Source: Enoplolaimus lenunculus (taxonomy: Eukaryota). Taken from it: a stretch of DNA of 64,000 nucleotides. The stretch covers positions 434,001 through 498,000 of the forward strand of contig JASANG010003930.1 in NCBI GenBank assembly GCA_030248215.1. The letters are read 5' to 3'. The position numbers and the translations under genes are program-made. Positions 1-12,467 of this stretch are shown one piece after another (position 1 is the first letter of the stretch; every line of letters begins with the position of its first letter). The notes under the pieces are model-generated. The model saw only the letters and a program-made list of their open reading frames with translations. It was not told the DNA's origin and made no database searches.

Positions 1-92
1 AGATATTATATTAAAAAAGAAGCGTAAAATGCAAAACTCCAACCCCCCAAGCCCAGCCCGCCCAGCCCCACCCCACCCCACCCCCCACCCCC

Positions 93-129
<37 letters not shown>

Positions 130-219
130 CCCCCCACCCCCCCCCCCCCCCCCCCCCGCAATATAAAAAAAAAAAAAAAAAAAACATAAAAAAAAAAAAA
201 CAAAAAAAAACAAAAAAAA

Positions 220-253
<34 letters not shown>

Positions 254-257
254 ACAA
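1..257. repeat. Low-complexity poly-C then poly-A tract, probably a read-end or assembly artefact
   Basis: Near-homopolymeric C run (~40-158) followed by an A run (~165-253); the ORF here is a meaningless poly-F/poly-G translation. Confidence 0.7.
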
Positions 258-1042
258 CTATATTATCTGTTTTATGTTCTGCATGTTGAAATAATATTCC
301 TTTATATTGCAATTTCAGCGCATCGCCGACACATTTTGATCCACGTTTGGCAACCAAGTTACACGGAGGTTTCAGAAAGTAAGTCACTTAGCTGCCTGTA
401 AGGTTTCTACTGATTTAGTTTTGTGCACTATTAACATTTGAAGCATGCGCACGGCTGCGGTTTGAATTGCTATTCCAATAAAGCTGCATTCTTAGAAAAA
501 ATGTAATACAGATCTTGATAATATGTCAGTTAAGCCCTATTCATATGTGCACGTTTTTGCATTTAAAATTCGCAGCTGCAATTTGCACGAGTTCCTGCAG
601 CTGCAATTATTTTTTCATTATGAATCTTAACATAAGTTAACGCGAATAATTTGCACTGCAATAAATTTCAAATATAAGCTAAAAACATCCGCTCAGCAAA
701 TGATAAATAATTCGACTTGCAAGGCTATTCATACCTATGAATTAATTCTTGGCATATATTCATCATGAACAAATTGCAGCTACAGCTTCTCCGAAGGAAT
801 TTTTGAAAAAGTTGCAGCGGCAAGTTTCAGCTACAAGAAACATTTAGGCGCAACGAAGGTTGTGTTCAAAATTTCTTAACTTGAAAACATTTTTATTCCG
901 ATACGGTTTCTATTTAGTGTCTTAAAAGTTACAATCGCCTTAGACTGCGAAATATTAAACAAGTTTGCTATTTGTATTTGGTTCGTTCAGCTTTGAGCAA
1001 CATAAAATCCGACTGACCAATCAAAATGCAAATGCAAGAAAC

Positions 1043-1470
1043 CAGGGTTCCATCGGAATTCCGATTCCGGTAAAATTGCGGCAACATTTGACTTCCGATT
1101 CCGATTCCGGCTGCCTGCTGTTCCGATGCCGGAATTCCGATTGTTCGGTTATAGTTTTTAAGATGATTGAACTTAGATTTTGCATGTTTCGTTTTGTTTC
1201 GTGCATTTTCTATTATTCTGTTGGGTTTTTCGTAGTAAATATTCCGAATTGTTCCGTGTATTCCGTCAGCTATATAAACAATTTTTGCTGAAACAGTGAA
1301 CTGTAACGGAAACAGGCATACTGCAACAGAAAAAGTCATACACTTTTAAATTTTTAATTGAATTACTAAAACTTGAATTTCATTCCGTTTCCGATTCCGG
1401 TTCCAACAGAAAAATTTGATTCAGATTCCAATTCCGCTTCTGCCAAAATCTTGTTCCGGTTGGAACCCTG
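1043..1470. mobile_element. hAT-like MITE
   Basis: TIR CAGGGTTCCA(T/AC)CGGAA at both ends; perfect 8-bp TSD CAAGAAAC (1035-1042 and 1471-1478); internal TTCCGATTCCG subterminal repeats. Confidence 0.85.
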
Positions 1471-3371
1471 CAAGAAACTCAAGCGACTTACATCCGTGTT
1501 CATACGTGCGAATTAAATTTAATAGCATGAATTTTAATGAATTATTTGAAGCTACAAAAATTTCAAAGCTATTTTGTGACAAGACTTGCTCGTGCAAGTT
1601 GCATGTGCAAGATTTTACTGCAGAAACTTACACGTGTGAATACAAACTTGCGAGAACTTTTTAGTCCCTCATACTACTGCTCACTTGATACTAGGCAAAT
1701 GTTTCCTCGCACACTGCTGTTTATTATTGTCCGAAGCCTAAGCCTAGTTTTTTAAATGCCGTCATTAACTATATAGGAGAATTTTTGTGTGAGGGCGAAG
1801 CAAACAAGAGCCGACTGATGTACTTCCACAAAAGAGAAAAGGTTCAACATTATCGTTGCTTCACTGCAAGCTATTGATATAATCACGCAATAGAAGTCGG
1901 AAGTTGTCGCAGAGATCCAGGTGGTATATATGTGGTGTCTCATGATGCTGACCGGGAAGGTTAACAGTCACGAAAATATACTTTGGAATATTATGCATGT
2001 CTTTGGTAAACTTTCTAGCTTGGGATTGTAGTTTTTGCTATCGTTATTTTTGTTGCACCATACCGCTATAACTTTTAGACGAAAACCGATCGTTCTTCGA
2101 TTCGTGGCACCAGATTTAATTTCAGACTCAGCGTAAGCGTTTTATTGTCACTAAACATATCTACTATATATTTTAATTCACTGTTGTGAACTTCGAGTTT
2201 AAAGTAATAATGCCCACTTTGCCACTTTTACCTGTAACGCATCATTTGCTTGCATTTTGTTGTTTAATTCTGCGCGGCTTTGTTGCTGGCGTATTAAAAT
2301 ATCGTTGTTTGCTGGAAACAGCGATCAGCACGCACTGGCAAACCGACAACTACCAAACCATTATACGCATTTGTCGTAGGCCAAACAACTAGCTATTCAG
2401 GCCAGTTACCACTTGGCCTAGGCCAATCTGCTGTTGCATTTAATAGCAGTTTGGTCTGTTTAGGCAGAACAGTTATTGAACAGACTGTGGTATCAGATTT
2501 AACTATATGATCAGACGCAGTTCTGACAACCAATCAGCGTTGGTTCTGCGTATTGGTTTTGGAGTTAATCCCACAATTACCATTTGGCCTATGCCAAACT
2601 GCTATTTCTTCAAAATAACTGATTGGTATAGGTCAATTATTGATTTGCCAGAATCGCAGATGTACCTACGACATATGCAAACACCCGTAAATTATGCCGC
2701 GCTATCACGGATCTCTCGTTCGCTGATATAAAGGCATTAACTTTTTTGTCACTTTAGGTATGCTAAAAATATGCGCACGTCAAGCAAACCGTACTCACTT
2801 GTTAATAAATTGTTCATCCCGACTGCACAACTTATAATTAGCTGAAATCACGTCAACTTCACAAAATTTTAAGAGAAAAATAAAAGGTGCATAAAACAAA
2901 ATGGCTTTTACTCGTTTTTGAGAAATTCGATCTATGGAATTTGAAAATTGTCCCAAATTGAGAAGCCTATTCACTGAACAACGCAACTTTTGTGAACATA
3001 CGAGTAAATTTTTCATTTTCTTCGCACGAGTAGAGTTTCCATTCATTTTCATACCGATCATAGCCGTTTCAATTTTCGGTGGGAAATTTTGGCTATAAAT
3101 TAGAATACTAATTATACTGCATGCTTTCCCATCATGCTACACCCTCAATAGTTTACTTTTTGTACGCATACTGTTTTACGGCATATTTGCGTTTATTTTA
3201 ACTTTTTTAGTTCATTTGATGTACTACAACGTTTAGGTACACATCATTTTAATTGTATGAGAATGTGCAAAAGTGTATCTTTATTGAGTTTTAAAACAAG
3301 AGGCTGAGGCCTGAGCCAAACATTGTGTAAGCGGTGTGTAGGTAGAGAATTTTATGGTGACTCATTACAGC

Positions 3372-3554
3372 CAGTTGCCGGTGCAGGCACGGGTGGTAAC
3401 TCCCCCAAATTCCAGGGTGGGGGCCCCAAATTCGCGAGCGAGAAGCCAGACGCATTCTAAAACTTAAACGGTTTTTGTTTCAACCGGTTAAAGCGGAGGC
3501 CTATTTACGGGAGGCCCTCCAAATGGGGGTATGGCGGTGGCTGCTCCGGCTCTG
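3372..3554. mobile_element. hAT-like MITE
   Basis: CAG...CTG termini with imperfect TIR (CAGTTGCCGG / CCGGCTCTG); perfect 8-bp TSD ATTACAGC (3364-3371 and 3555-3562). Confidence 0.8.
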
Positions 3555-3726
3555 ATTACAGCATAGAAAACCCTGAGTTAAAGATGTTATTTGTTAAAAT
3601 GATTAAACTTATCTTACAACATTATTTAAAGCCACTAGCTAAGTCGTATTAAATGTTTTGAAATAGTTTGCAAATATCAAAGCTTTACGCATACTTCAGT
3701 ATGCAATGGGCCGGGTAAAGGGTTAA

Positions 3727-5052
3727 CGCTTTCTCACATGAATATCTTCTATTCCATCTGCTATCTTATGTGATGCTACGATTCCAACCTCAAGCTCTGC
3801 AGACTGAGGTATTTTCCATCACCTCTGATAGACAGGAGCTCGACGCTCGGCTCGAGTCATATTTTCTCTCTGGACATTTTATACTAAGCATACACGTTGT
3901 AATAATTAAACACTGTTAAACACTCAGTGACGAAAGCAGTGGGAGAGGGGCTTCAGAGTGGTAACCCCCATCTATTAAAAACTTTTTGGGAAAAAATTCT
4001 AGGAGTTTACCTTTAAGATTTTTACTTTTGTGATATTCATGCAATTTTGTTTAAATCTGTAGCGTCTGCTGACACTGCACCTAGAAAATTTCATTTACGG
4101 TGTCTAAACTGTAATACTGTAGCGATCCGCATAAGAGGAGATCCCCATTTTGAGTCCAAATCAAGAGGAGTCTGTATCCCTAATAAGAGTCTGTAAGCGG
4201 ATGGGGTCTCTAAGTCGTAATTAGAGTCCATAAATGTCAATTATTCCTAGCTGTAACGCATAAATGAATTTACGTCCAAATAAAGTTGAGTTTTAAACTT
4301 TAAAGCGTACCTACTTAAGTTCTGAACCAATTCCCAAGTATAACCTTGCATTATCGTTCAAGCTCTTGATACAAGACAAATAAACGTTGAATTCAACGGA
4401 TAGTAGCAATACCGGATATATATCAGTAACGACGGATGACGGAGGACGGGTTGAAAATGACTAACAGTCGGTAACCGAATAACAGGGGGGTACCCTCTGA
4501 AGAGGCCAAATAAATATCAGTCCCTTCCCTCTTATTCGGGTCACTACAGTACAAATATTAAAGTGGCGGATCAAGCAGATTTGGGGATCGGTTTACGCCA
4601 TTGAAATGAACAAACCTATTTTTTGTGCCAAGCTTAAACACAAATAAGTCGATTTCAGTCGCTCCGTTACTGTATCACCTGTATTTTAACTTCTGAATAC
4701 AGGGGCATTCTCAAAACCAACCAACCAAAAGCAAAATTTGATGTTAAGTCTTTCAAGGTACATTCAAGTTGTAACATTCTAAAACAAGGGCGTATAGGGA
4801 CCCTGAGATTTAACTTCAGCCGGACAGACACAAAACCAAAATTTTGTGAGTGGTAATTATTAGTAAAATAGTGTTTGGTTTCCCGCTCGCTTTATTCACA
4901 AGTTTTCATTCACTGCATCTTGCGAGCCTCCCATCAGAAATCCCTGTATCCGCTACTGTATTAAACACTGTGCAGCTCACTATGTATTATTTCACGTATA
5001 CACATTGCATTGAGTTGCGTTGTGCTCATGGTCAACTCTATGTGAGAACGGG
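3727..5052. mobile_element. piggyBac-like MITE ends enclosing nested insertions
   Basis: TTAA|CGCTTTCTCACATG at 3723 and ATGTGAGAACGGG|TTAA at 5052 match the ends of the compact copy at 20832-21005; a Tc2-like MITE lies inside. The two ends could belong to two separate copies. Confidence 0.55.
4117..4549. mobile_element. Tc2/pogo-like MITE, family A
   Basis: TIR CTGTAG(C/T)GA(T/C)CCG(C/A)ATAAGAGG, TA on both sides, ~430 bp, homologous to six other copies in the window. Confidence 0.85.
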
Positions 5053-8000
5053 TTAAAAGACAGTTTAATGTTTATAAGTCTACATTTTGTTTCAGACGAG
5101 CATATTCTCAATATGACTGGGGTCTTGGTCGTAACGATGTTGCCACTGAAATTGCACGTCATCGCATTGCGCTTGAAATGGCCAACGACCCGTACGGACC
5201 GGGGAAATGAAACAACCGCTGTTCAAGCGAGTATAAAAAACAATAATCAACAAAGATGACCAAATTATGACAAAATTTTAATTCGAATCTGTTTTACACC
5301 GCTACAATGCTGTATATCAGAAACATTACTACTTATCTGTCAAAGTGACTATTAGCCATTTTTGGTCTTTTCACATCACATATATGTGTAGCGATAGTAA
5401 AAAATTAATATTAAAGACCATGAAATTTTATAGAGCTTAGTTAACAGTTTAGTTAAACATGGCGAAATTGTAAATTCACTAAATTAGCGATATCATCTAG
5501 ACCAAGTTTAAATATAGTATGGTTTTTTGAAGCAATATGTACGATACATTTTAAATCAGACTCGGCAAAGTAAACGATGCTTTCATCTGTAACTTCCAAC
5601 TTTAACAATCGATACGGCATCTGAATGATTTACGGACTACTTTGAGTGAATTTGAACAAATTTCAACTCAATCGAATAATATTTTTTAAAAATTACAGCT
5701 TCTTAACAAGATCATACATGGCTCGTAGCCAAGGGGGAAGGGTCAGCGAGGACTCAGCCCCCCTAGAAAAAATTTGCCCCTTGGAAATTTTTCAACATGG
5801 CTTGTATGTCAACCAAAACCCTTGTATGTCGTCTAGAAAATGTTTTACCCCCTTCTAGCAAGGTGAACTGGCTGCTGACCTGGTTCAAACCAAATTTCGA
5901 TGACTGACCGTTGAACCTCTTGAGTTTTTAGTTTGAAGACAAAAATTCACGTTGAATTGCTTATGGAGATAATATTGTTTAAGTAATGTTTCTGAATAAA
6001 TCTGCATTATGTTATGTTAAACAGTTGTAGCAAATAAATTGTACTTTTGTTGAGATTTCATTGTTTTCATCACTAACAACAGAGGCAACGCAAGCACCGA
6101 ACGAGTGCAGGCTGTGATTTGACGCTTCTTGAAAAGTTTGGTCTCTGACTTATTTTTATGAAATAGCCAGCAACGGCTATACAAGGGGAAACATAGACGC
6201 GAGTAAAAAATCGCGTTTAAAGAGGGCTTAGAATAACTTTCTTGATCTTAGCAAGGTAGTTATAGATACAAAATATTCTTTTACTTCAGCCTATACCGCA
6301 GCAAACTGAAATCCAGGTTACGCCGCTGGTATCCAGTGATATAGGTATGTTTATGTTTCTCTCGGCTTTTATTGAAAATAATTTTAACAACAAAGTTGTT
6401 GTTGTTAAAGACATCTTGACATTTAGCCATATTTGTACCAAAAGTAAACTAAGTCTGAGTACTGTAAAATGCGCTACCTTGCACATTTTGCGTGTGTAAG
6501 AAAATGTACCCGCAGTGTTTGTTGCTTATCTCAACCAATGGTTTCAATTTCACATAATTGCTGGGTTGCTCGTTGCATGCGCCAACTATTTCCCGTAAAT
6601 GGCTGTTGAGCAACAGGTTCAAAGCTGCTCATTCAGAAGTCAGACGACAACAAACACAAATGGCTCAATATATGATAGTTGTCGAAACCACGCAAACAAT
6701 ATATGCTATCAAATGAAGTGAATTTTTACAAAACATTACCCACCGACTCACCAAAAATATTCATCTTAATTAAAGAGTAGACCTTTAAATCTTAACAGCT
6801 GTTTGTATATAATCCAATTTCAATGAAGACACTAAAACTACTGGCTACGATATAATCGTATCGATACACGGAGCCAATATTGCTGTGACCTGTATCGTGT
6901 TTTATGTGCAGAATTATGGTGTATTTCAATGTGGCTGCTATGCACACTTTGAAATATGGCTGAATTAAAAGTAAATTGGCTCCCCATAAAAATTAACTAA
7001 CTATTCGTGTAGAAATAACCCCCGTATAACTCTTTTATTCTGGTACGCACGCACCGGAGCACCTAAAAAATTCTATGGTTCAGTCGCATGAGAATTATCA
7101 ATATATTCGCAGAAAAATTACGCCTCATATAGACCATATAGATAATAATAAAGTGGGCTTCATAAATCCGCACAGTGCCGCAGTACATATTTAATTACCA
7201 ATTCGGAATTTATGGATCTCAAAATTACAGAAGGTTTACATAAATTCTAATTGAACTCTGTATCAACCCAAATTTCGTAGAAAATTCCTATTATCACTTG
7301 GTAGCGGCCAAATTTATACTTAACAACTACTTCAAATTATCGCTGTCTTGGGGCTCCAAAATTTGTGACTAAACTCTCCTAAATCACAAAACCCGTGGGG
7401 TTTCTAAACACTTATACCGCAAAAATAACATCTTGCAACACCTCAGTCAATCTATAAAATACAGTTGCTACATTTTGGGGCAGCTATATGCTCCTGCTAC
7501 GCAACTGGCCATACAGCTATCCTACACCGCTTTTATATTCGCTTTTACTGAAAGGTCAACAAAATTCTATTAATTCTGTATTGGACCTTTAGCAAACAGA
7601 AATTATTTATTTTCTTGAGTTTGGTTCATGTAAAAATCATGGGCGGAGGTGTTTTTCTGCTGAAATGCAATAGAGTAAGCTTAAGCATTTCACTAAGTTT
7701 TTTGCTTAGGCTTTAAGGTATAAAATCAATGTGACGCATAAGCTTAGGCTTAAACTTCCCAATGTAATATTCTTTTAAGTCATTTCAGCACAAATTTTGT
7801 GAACTAATGGATATTCTATTGAAAATTAGCCGCCCAATTATTGTTTTCGGCTGTTTTTGTCGTATATAATATATATTTACGTTGTACTTGTAATTAAATA
7901 TAACCAAGGTGCAGCAAATTCGTTGTAGAAAACTGACGCATATTTGGTGCGTTTTTCGTATCTAATGAGTTTTACCAGTGAAAACTACGCCTTGAAGCGG

Positions 8001-8149
8001 TGTTTAATGTTTCCCAAGCTGTTTGCCGTGCTCGATGGTCAGAAACATTTTTATACGAAGTAATATTCGTCGGAAATGAAGTGCTGGCTTTGCCCGTGAA
8101 AATATACCAAAACATCAAACGATAATCAAGTCGCTGCTGGTACTGTATC

Positions 8150-8320
8150 TCCTAAGCCTAAGCCTAATCCTAAGCGTTGCAAAAATGTTACCTAATCCTA
8201 ATCCTAAGCCTAAGCCTAAGCCTAAGCCTAAGCCTTAGCAAAAAAATGTAATCTAGAATCTAAACCCACTTTATTATGGACCCACTAGAAACCTGGACGC
8301 CCCTTAAAGTAACATGGGCC
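8150..8320. mobile_element. Merlin-like MITE (family B) with internal (CCTAAG)n telomere-type repeats; left end decayed
   Basis: Right end CGCCCCTTAAAGTAACATGGGCC matches the TIR of the 52438-52621 copy; tandem CCTAAG units at ~8152-8235. Confidence 0.7.
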
Positions 8321-8965
8321 ATTCAAAGGATATTCTATATTTATATTTACTCAACAAAGCTCATAAAATACAAAACATGGACAGCCGTAAAAAATACCAT
8401 TTTATCTTTAAATATGCAATGCATTCCATCAATTACTTGGCCACAATGAAACAATGAAGAAAGTCTGATTAGTGCTTAAAATTATGGTATCTTTGTTTTA
8501 AGCATTGTTTTGAAACTATTGTTTTTCAAGTTCGTAAGCAACTATGTAGAAGTTCGTCAAACCATACTGGTACTCGTGCCCGTAGGCGTGCATTTGTTTT
8601 GTCAAAATATGAATCTTGTACAATACAACTAGTCCGTGTTGTAAGCAAATAACCAAGCAACAGTGTGAAAACCTTCAGCCTCCGTATGTGTTTTTGGAAT
8701 TAAATGTCAGTTATGTTTGAAAAGTAAAAATTGATGCTCAAATCCATAAAAGCTAAAAGAGCAAACTACGTAAAGTCACAGTATGGCTGTCCCGTTATAA
8801 ATTTTCACAGGCACATTTGCAAGGTTGAATTTAGGTGTTTATAGCAATCGTAGTTTTTGCCAGCACAACTTTCGAAGTTAAAAACTAAAATGCAACTATA
8901 CGTGCCTAACTAGTGAGTGAGGGGGGTATTCGGCTGTTGGCCTAAAAATTCTTTTTCACTAGTAA

Positions 8966-9259
8966 CCCTTCCGCGCATGATTATTTTACACATCGGAAAT
9001 CTAGGTTTATGCTGAACCTTAAACCCTGGAGACTGCAGAGTGCGGCGTTTAACATTACCGCTCAACTATAGGAGCCGATATTTACACTCACCACATAGGT
9101 ATAGGAAATTGACGCTCGAATCCCACTGGGTGGTCTCGTCTTCTAGTTTTCCTGCTGTGTAGACACAGTCTATTTGTTAAACACTGTGCGCTATATATTA
9201 TTTTTACGTAAATCAATATTTCACAGAGTTACTCATAGTCAAATCCATGTGAGAAGAGG
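8966..9259. mobile_element. piggyBac-like MITE abutting the GPCR stop codon
   Basis: GTAA|CCCTTCCGCGCATGATTATTTT ... ATGTGAGAAGAGG|TTAA; similar to the 20832-21005 copy. Confidence 0.65.
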
Positions 9260-11852
9260 TTAAACATTTCCATTGGAGCAATATAGTTCAATATCTTGAC
9301 ACACCACAGACGACGTAGCCGTCAATTTACGATGCTTTAATGTCTGCCTTAACTCGCGTTCATACTCACGTAATTCTTGTAGTTGTGAGCGTCGAATTCG
9401 ACGCAGCGATTGACAGTGCGCAAGTGTTTCTTGTAAATCAGAATTTAGCATCGCGTACAACACCGGATTAGCTGCGCAATTAATATACGGTAACGCGTGA
9501 CATATATACGATAGTGCAGTTAATTCAGACGGAAATAGCGTTCGATCTGATTGCGACGAATTAGTCGACGTTGGCAAAACGTTAGAATTTCGCGGCACAA
9601 CTAAATGATCGATTTGATCGCCAGTTGCCTGTGTCGATGGAACGGTTGAAAAATAATCGAATATAAACCGACTGAGCATTGTGAAAATCCAGAACGGACT
9701 CCAGCATGCGAAATAAAAACCGGTAACAGCTAAAATGTAGCGAAGTACACGTTTTAGCGAAATATTCGTTGTGGTGCTACGATGAACGTGAGCGTACACT
9801 GCGTGAAATACACCTAAAATACAAAAAACGTTGGCTAATATAGAGAGAAGGGAACTTACAGTTTCGATCATGCACAGAATTTGTTGTTTGTGAGTTTTGT
9901 CCCTACATTTAGCTTCAGTTACAAAATTATTCATAATTACGTACAAACGAATAGCTTGACTATACGGAGAATGCTTGCTAAAACAATAAAGCTCTGAAAT
10001 TCGTCTTAATTATCAATATGGTCTAGTACTCAATTTGGCAAACTTTAGTTGTCAAAAATATTGGAAAACTAATAAATAAGCATCTATGACGTCGACCTGT
10101 GGTGATAGTAACACTTGCAATTTTTTGCATAGTAAACTTGCAGTTGCAAGGTCAGCTTGGTTTCTAAATATGTGAAACGCTTTTCAAAGAAAACTTTGTC
10201 ATGAGAATACAGGATTACCTTTATAAAAAGTACTCTTCTGATCCTCGAAACTTTACCAGAATGCAAATCTTGCACGTGTAAATACTGTAGTGACCCGAAT
10301 AAGAGGGGTGGCGAGTAATAAGAGAGGGTCCATGTGCCTATTTTGAGTCGAAATGAATATGACTACGTATCCCTGATAAGAGTCCGTAAGCGGATAATGT
10401 TCCTACACCCTAATCAGAGTCTATCAATGTCAATTATATATCCCCAATTGTAGCGCGTAAATGATTCCAGAACCAAATAAAGTTGAGTTCGAAACTTTAA
10501 AGCATACTTAAGTTCTGAAAGTACACTCTTAATTATGACATTCACTCAAGCTTTTGGCACATGACAAATATACGTTTAGTTCAACGGATAGTGGCAATAC
10601 CATAACAGTCGGTATCCAAATAACAAAAGGGTATAAAAAGCCAAATAAATATCAGTCTTCCCCCTTCTCTTATTCGGGTCACTACAGTAAGGCTTTATGT
10701 CACAAAAGCATCATTCTATCGTCCCCCAAGAACATTACCAGAATAAAAACTAATAATCAAAATCGCCGGCAAACAGTAACAAAGTGCGAACAAATACGCG
10801 ACAAATATTGTCATAAATTTTTCCGGCGGATCAAACGAACATTTTCGAATTGTAATAACTGCCAATTGTGAATTGCGCACGCTACGCTCCGTAGTGTCTG
10901 TGTTCGTGCTAATTTCAACTGAGTTATTTTGATTCAACTGTGGCAAAACGCCACGTCGTAACAAATCGCTGAAATCAAAGGTTTGGTTATAAATCGATTT
11001 AGGATAATTTGAAGAAATTTCTTCAATCGGCTGTTGAATACGTGTTACGTACGATATTTCGTACAACTCGCCGTACATTAACACAGGACTCACGACACTG
11101 AGCGCAATTGCTGCGCATATCGATACTAATCCAACTGCGGTTGAAGTCCGCCTGCAAGACATCGCAATTGAGGGCCATCGAATTGCAATGCAACGATCCG
11201 CGGCGACCATTGTCAACAAAAATATCGACGCACATTTTGAAAACGACTCAACTGTTAGAAATGTTTTACACGCCACGCGGCCCCAAATCCAAGTTGTAAG
11301 AAGAATATCAGAAACAAGCCATGGAATCGCAAGTAGCACGCATAAATCGACACAGCTCAAACATACAACACATATTAGTACATGATTTAATGTTGACGGT
11401 AAACATCGCCGAAATTGTTTATGTTGTGGTGTGACAACCGGTTGCGAAGCGCGTTGTACGCGACTTGCGCGACAACTACTCGAGTAGCTTGCTCTATAAA
11501 CGCTAGTTGTAGTTTCACAACCAAGGTTATGATCGGTTAAGCAACTACCGTGTCGCAGTTGACTAGATACGGTCAGTTTTGATGATCGACGACGTTCGCG
11601 ATTAAAATCGTTCACGACAACTGACGCACTACGACATTTAAGTACTGGAGTACGTAAGATTTGAACTGCCATTGCAATTACTCCAAAGTTGCCAACAAAT
11701 CCGCCTGCGAAAGCTACTGAATACAACGCGGCGAGGATGTATTGAATTGGTTTTGCTAATTTTAACAGTGCCCATGGATCACTTAAATCAGTTGTATTTG
11801 CGAGCAGACTGTAGTTGCCTGCTGCTTGGGACCACGTAGCGTTTTCAGTCAT
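9260..11852 (-). CDS. Class A (rhodopsin-like) peptide GPCR, somatostatin/allatostatin-C/opioid receptor-like; 2 coding exons, ~555 aa
   Basis: Exon 11852-10739 (donor GTAATG) joins exon 9813-9260 (acceptor TTTTAG) in frame (FYSG-VFHAVY). Seven hydrophobic segments; TM1 GN, TM2 LSCVDL, ECL1 WIWG..AC, TM3 DRC, TM5 YCLP, TM6 CWSPFW, TM7 NCAANPVLY; N-terminal N-glycosylation sequons. Confidence 0.9.
10285..10687. mobile_element. Tc2/pogo-like MITE, family A, in the GPCR intron
   Basis: TA|CTGTAGTGACCCGAATAAGAG ... CTCTTATTCGGGTCACTACAG|TA, perfect 21-bp TIR. Confidence 0.9.
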
Positions 11853-12029
11853 GGTGCGGTTCGCAAAAAAAATTGATATGAATTATTAAACATAAAGTTT
11901 AATGGAACAAGCCATTTTCCTGAAAAGTGAATATGTTGTTACGGCGAGCCGAATACGTATAATATTTTAATTAGTTGTGTCTAGCTTTTCATTTATATGA
12001 CCAAATATAGGTGAATATGTTGATCTATA

Positions 12030-12467
12030 CTGTAGCGACCCGAATAAGAGGGGGACTGATATTTATTTGGCCTCTCCAGAGGGTATCCCCTGTTATTCGA
12101 TCACGGACTCTTATTTATTTTTGTCGGCCATCCTTCGTTACTGTAATATATCCGGTACTGCAACTATCCGCTGAATCTGTACGTTCATTTGTCCTGTGTC
12201 AATAGCTTGAGCGATAATGCCAGGTTATACTTCGGAATGTACTTTCAAATTTTAAGTACGCTTTAAAGTTTCGAACTCAAATTATTTGGGCCTGGAGTAC
12301 TTTATGCGCTATAATTAGAGATAATTGACATTTATGGACTCTAATTAGGGTTTAGGAACTCTATCTGCTTACGGACTCTTATTAGGGATACGGACTCCTA
12401 TTGCTTGGTACTCAAAATGGGGACCCCCCTCTTATCACCCCTCCCCCTCTTATTCGTGTCAATACAG
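12030..12467. mobile_element. Tc2/pogo-like MITE, family A, inverted relative to the 10285 copy
   Basis: Same TIR and TA flanks; body is the reverse complement of the 4117 and 10285 copies. Confidence 0.9.

Noticed and set aside
6..257. 83-aa poly-Phe/poly-Gly ORF
   Set aside because: Translation of homopolymer runs; likely an artefact.
965..1339. Overlapping 108-aa and 123-aa ORFs
   Set aside because: Lie mostly within a hAT-like MITE and reflect its internal repeats; no recognisable domain.
8152..8237. True telomere or chromosome-breakage site
   Set aside because: Short, degenerate and embedded in a Merlin-like MITE.
9814..9946. N-terminal part of the 228-aa ORF as protein
   Set aside because: Intronic; the exon starts at the TTTTAG acceptor at 9813, in phase with the upstream exon.
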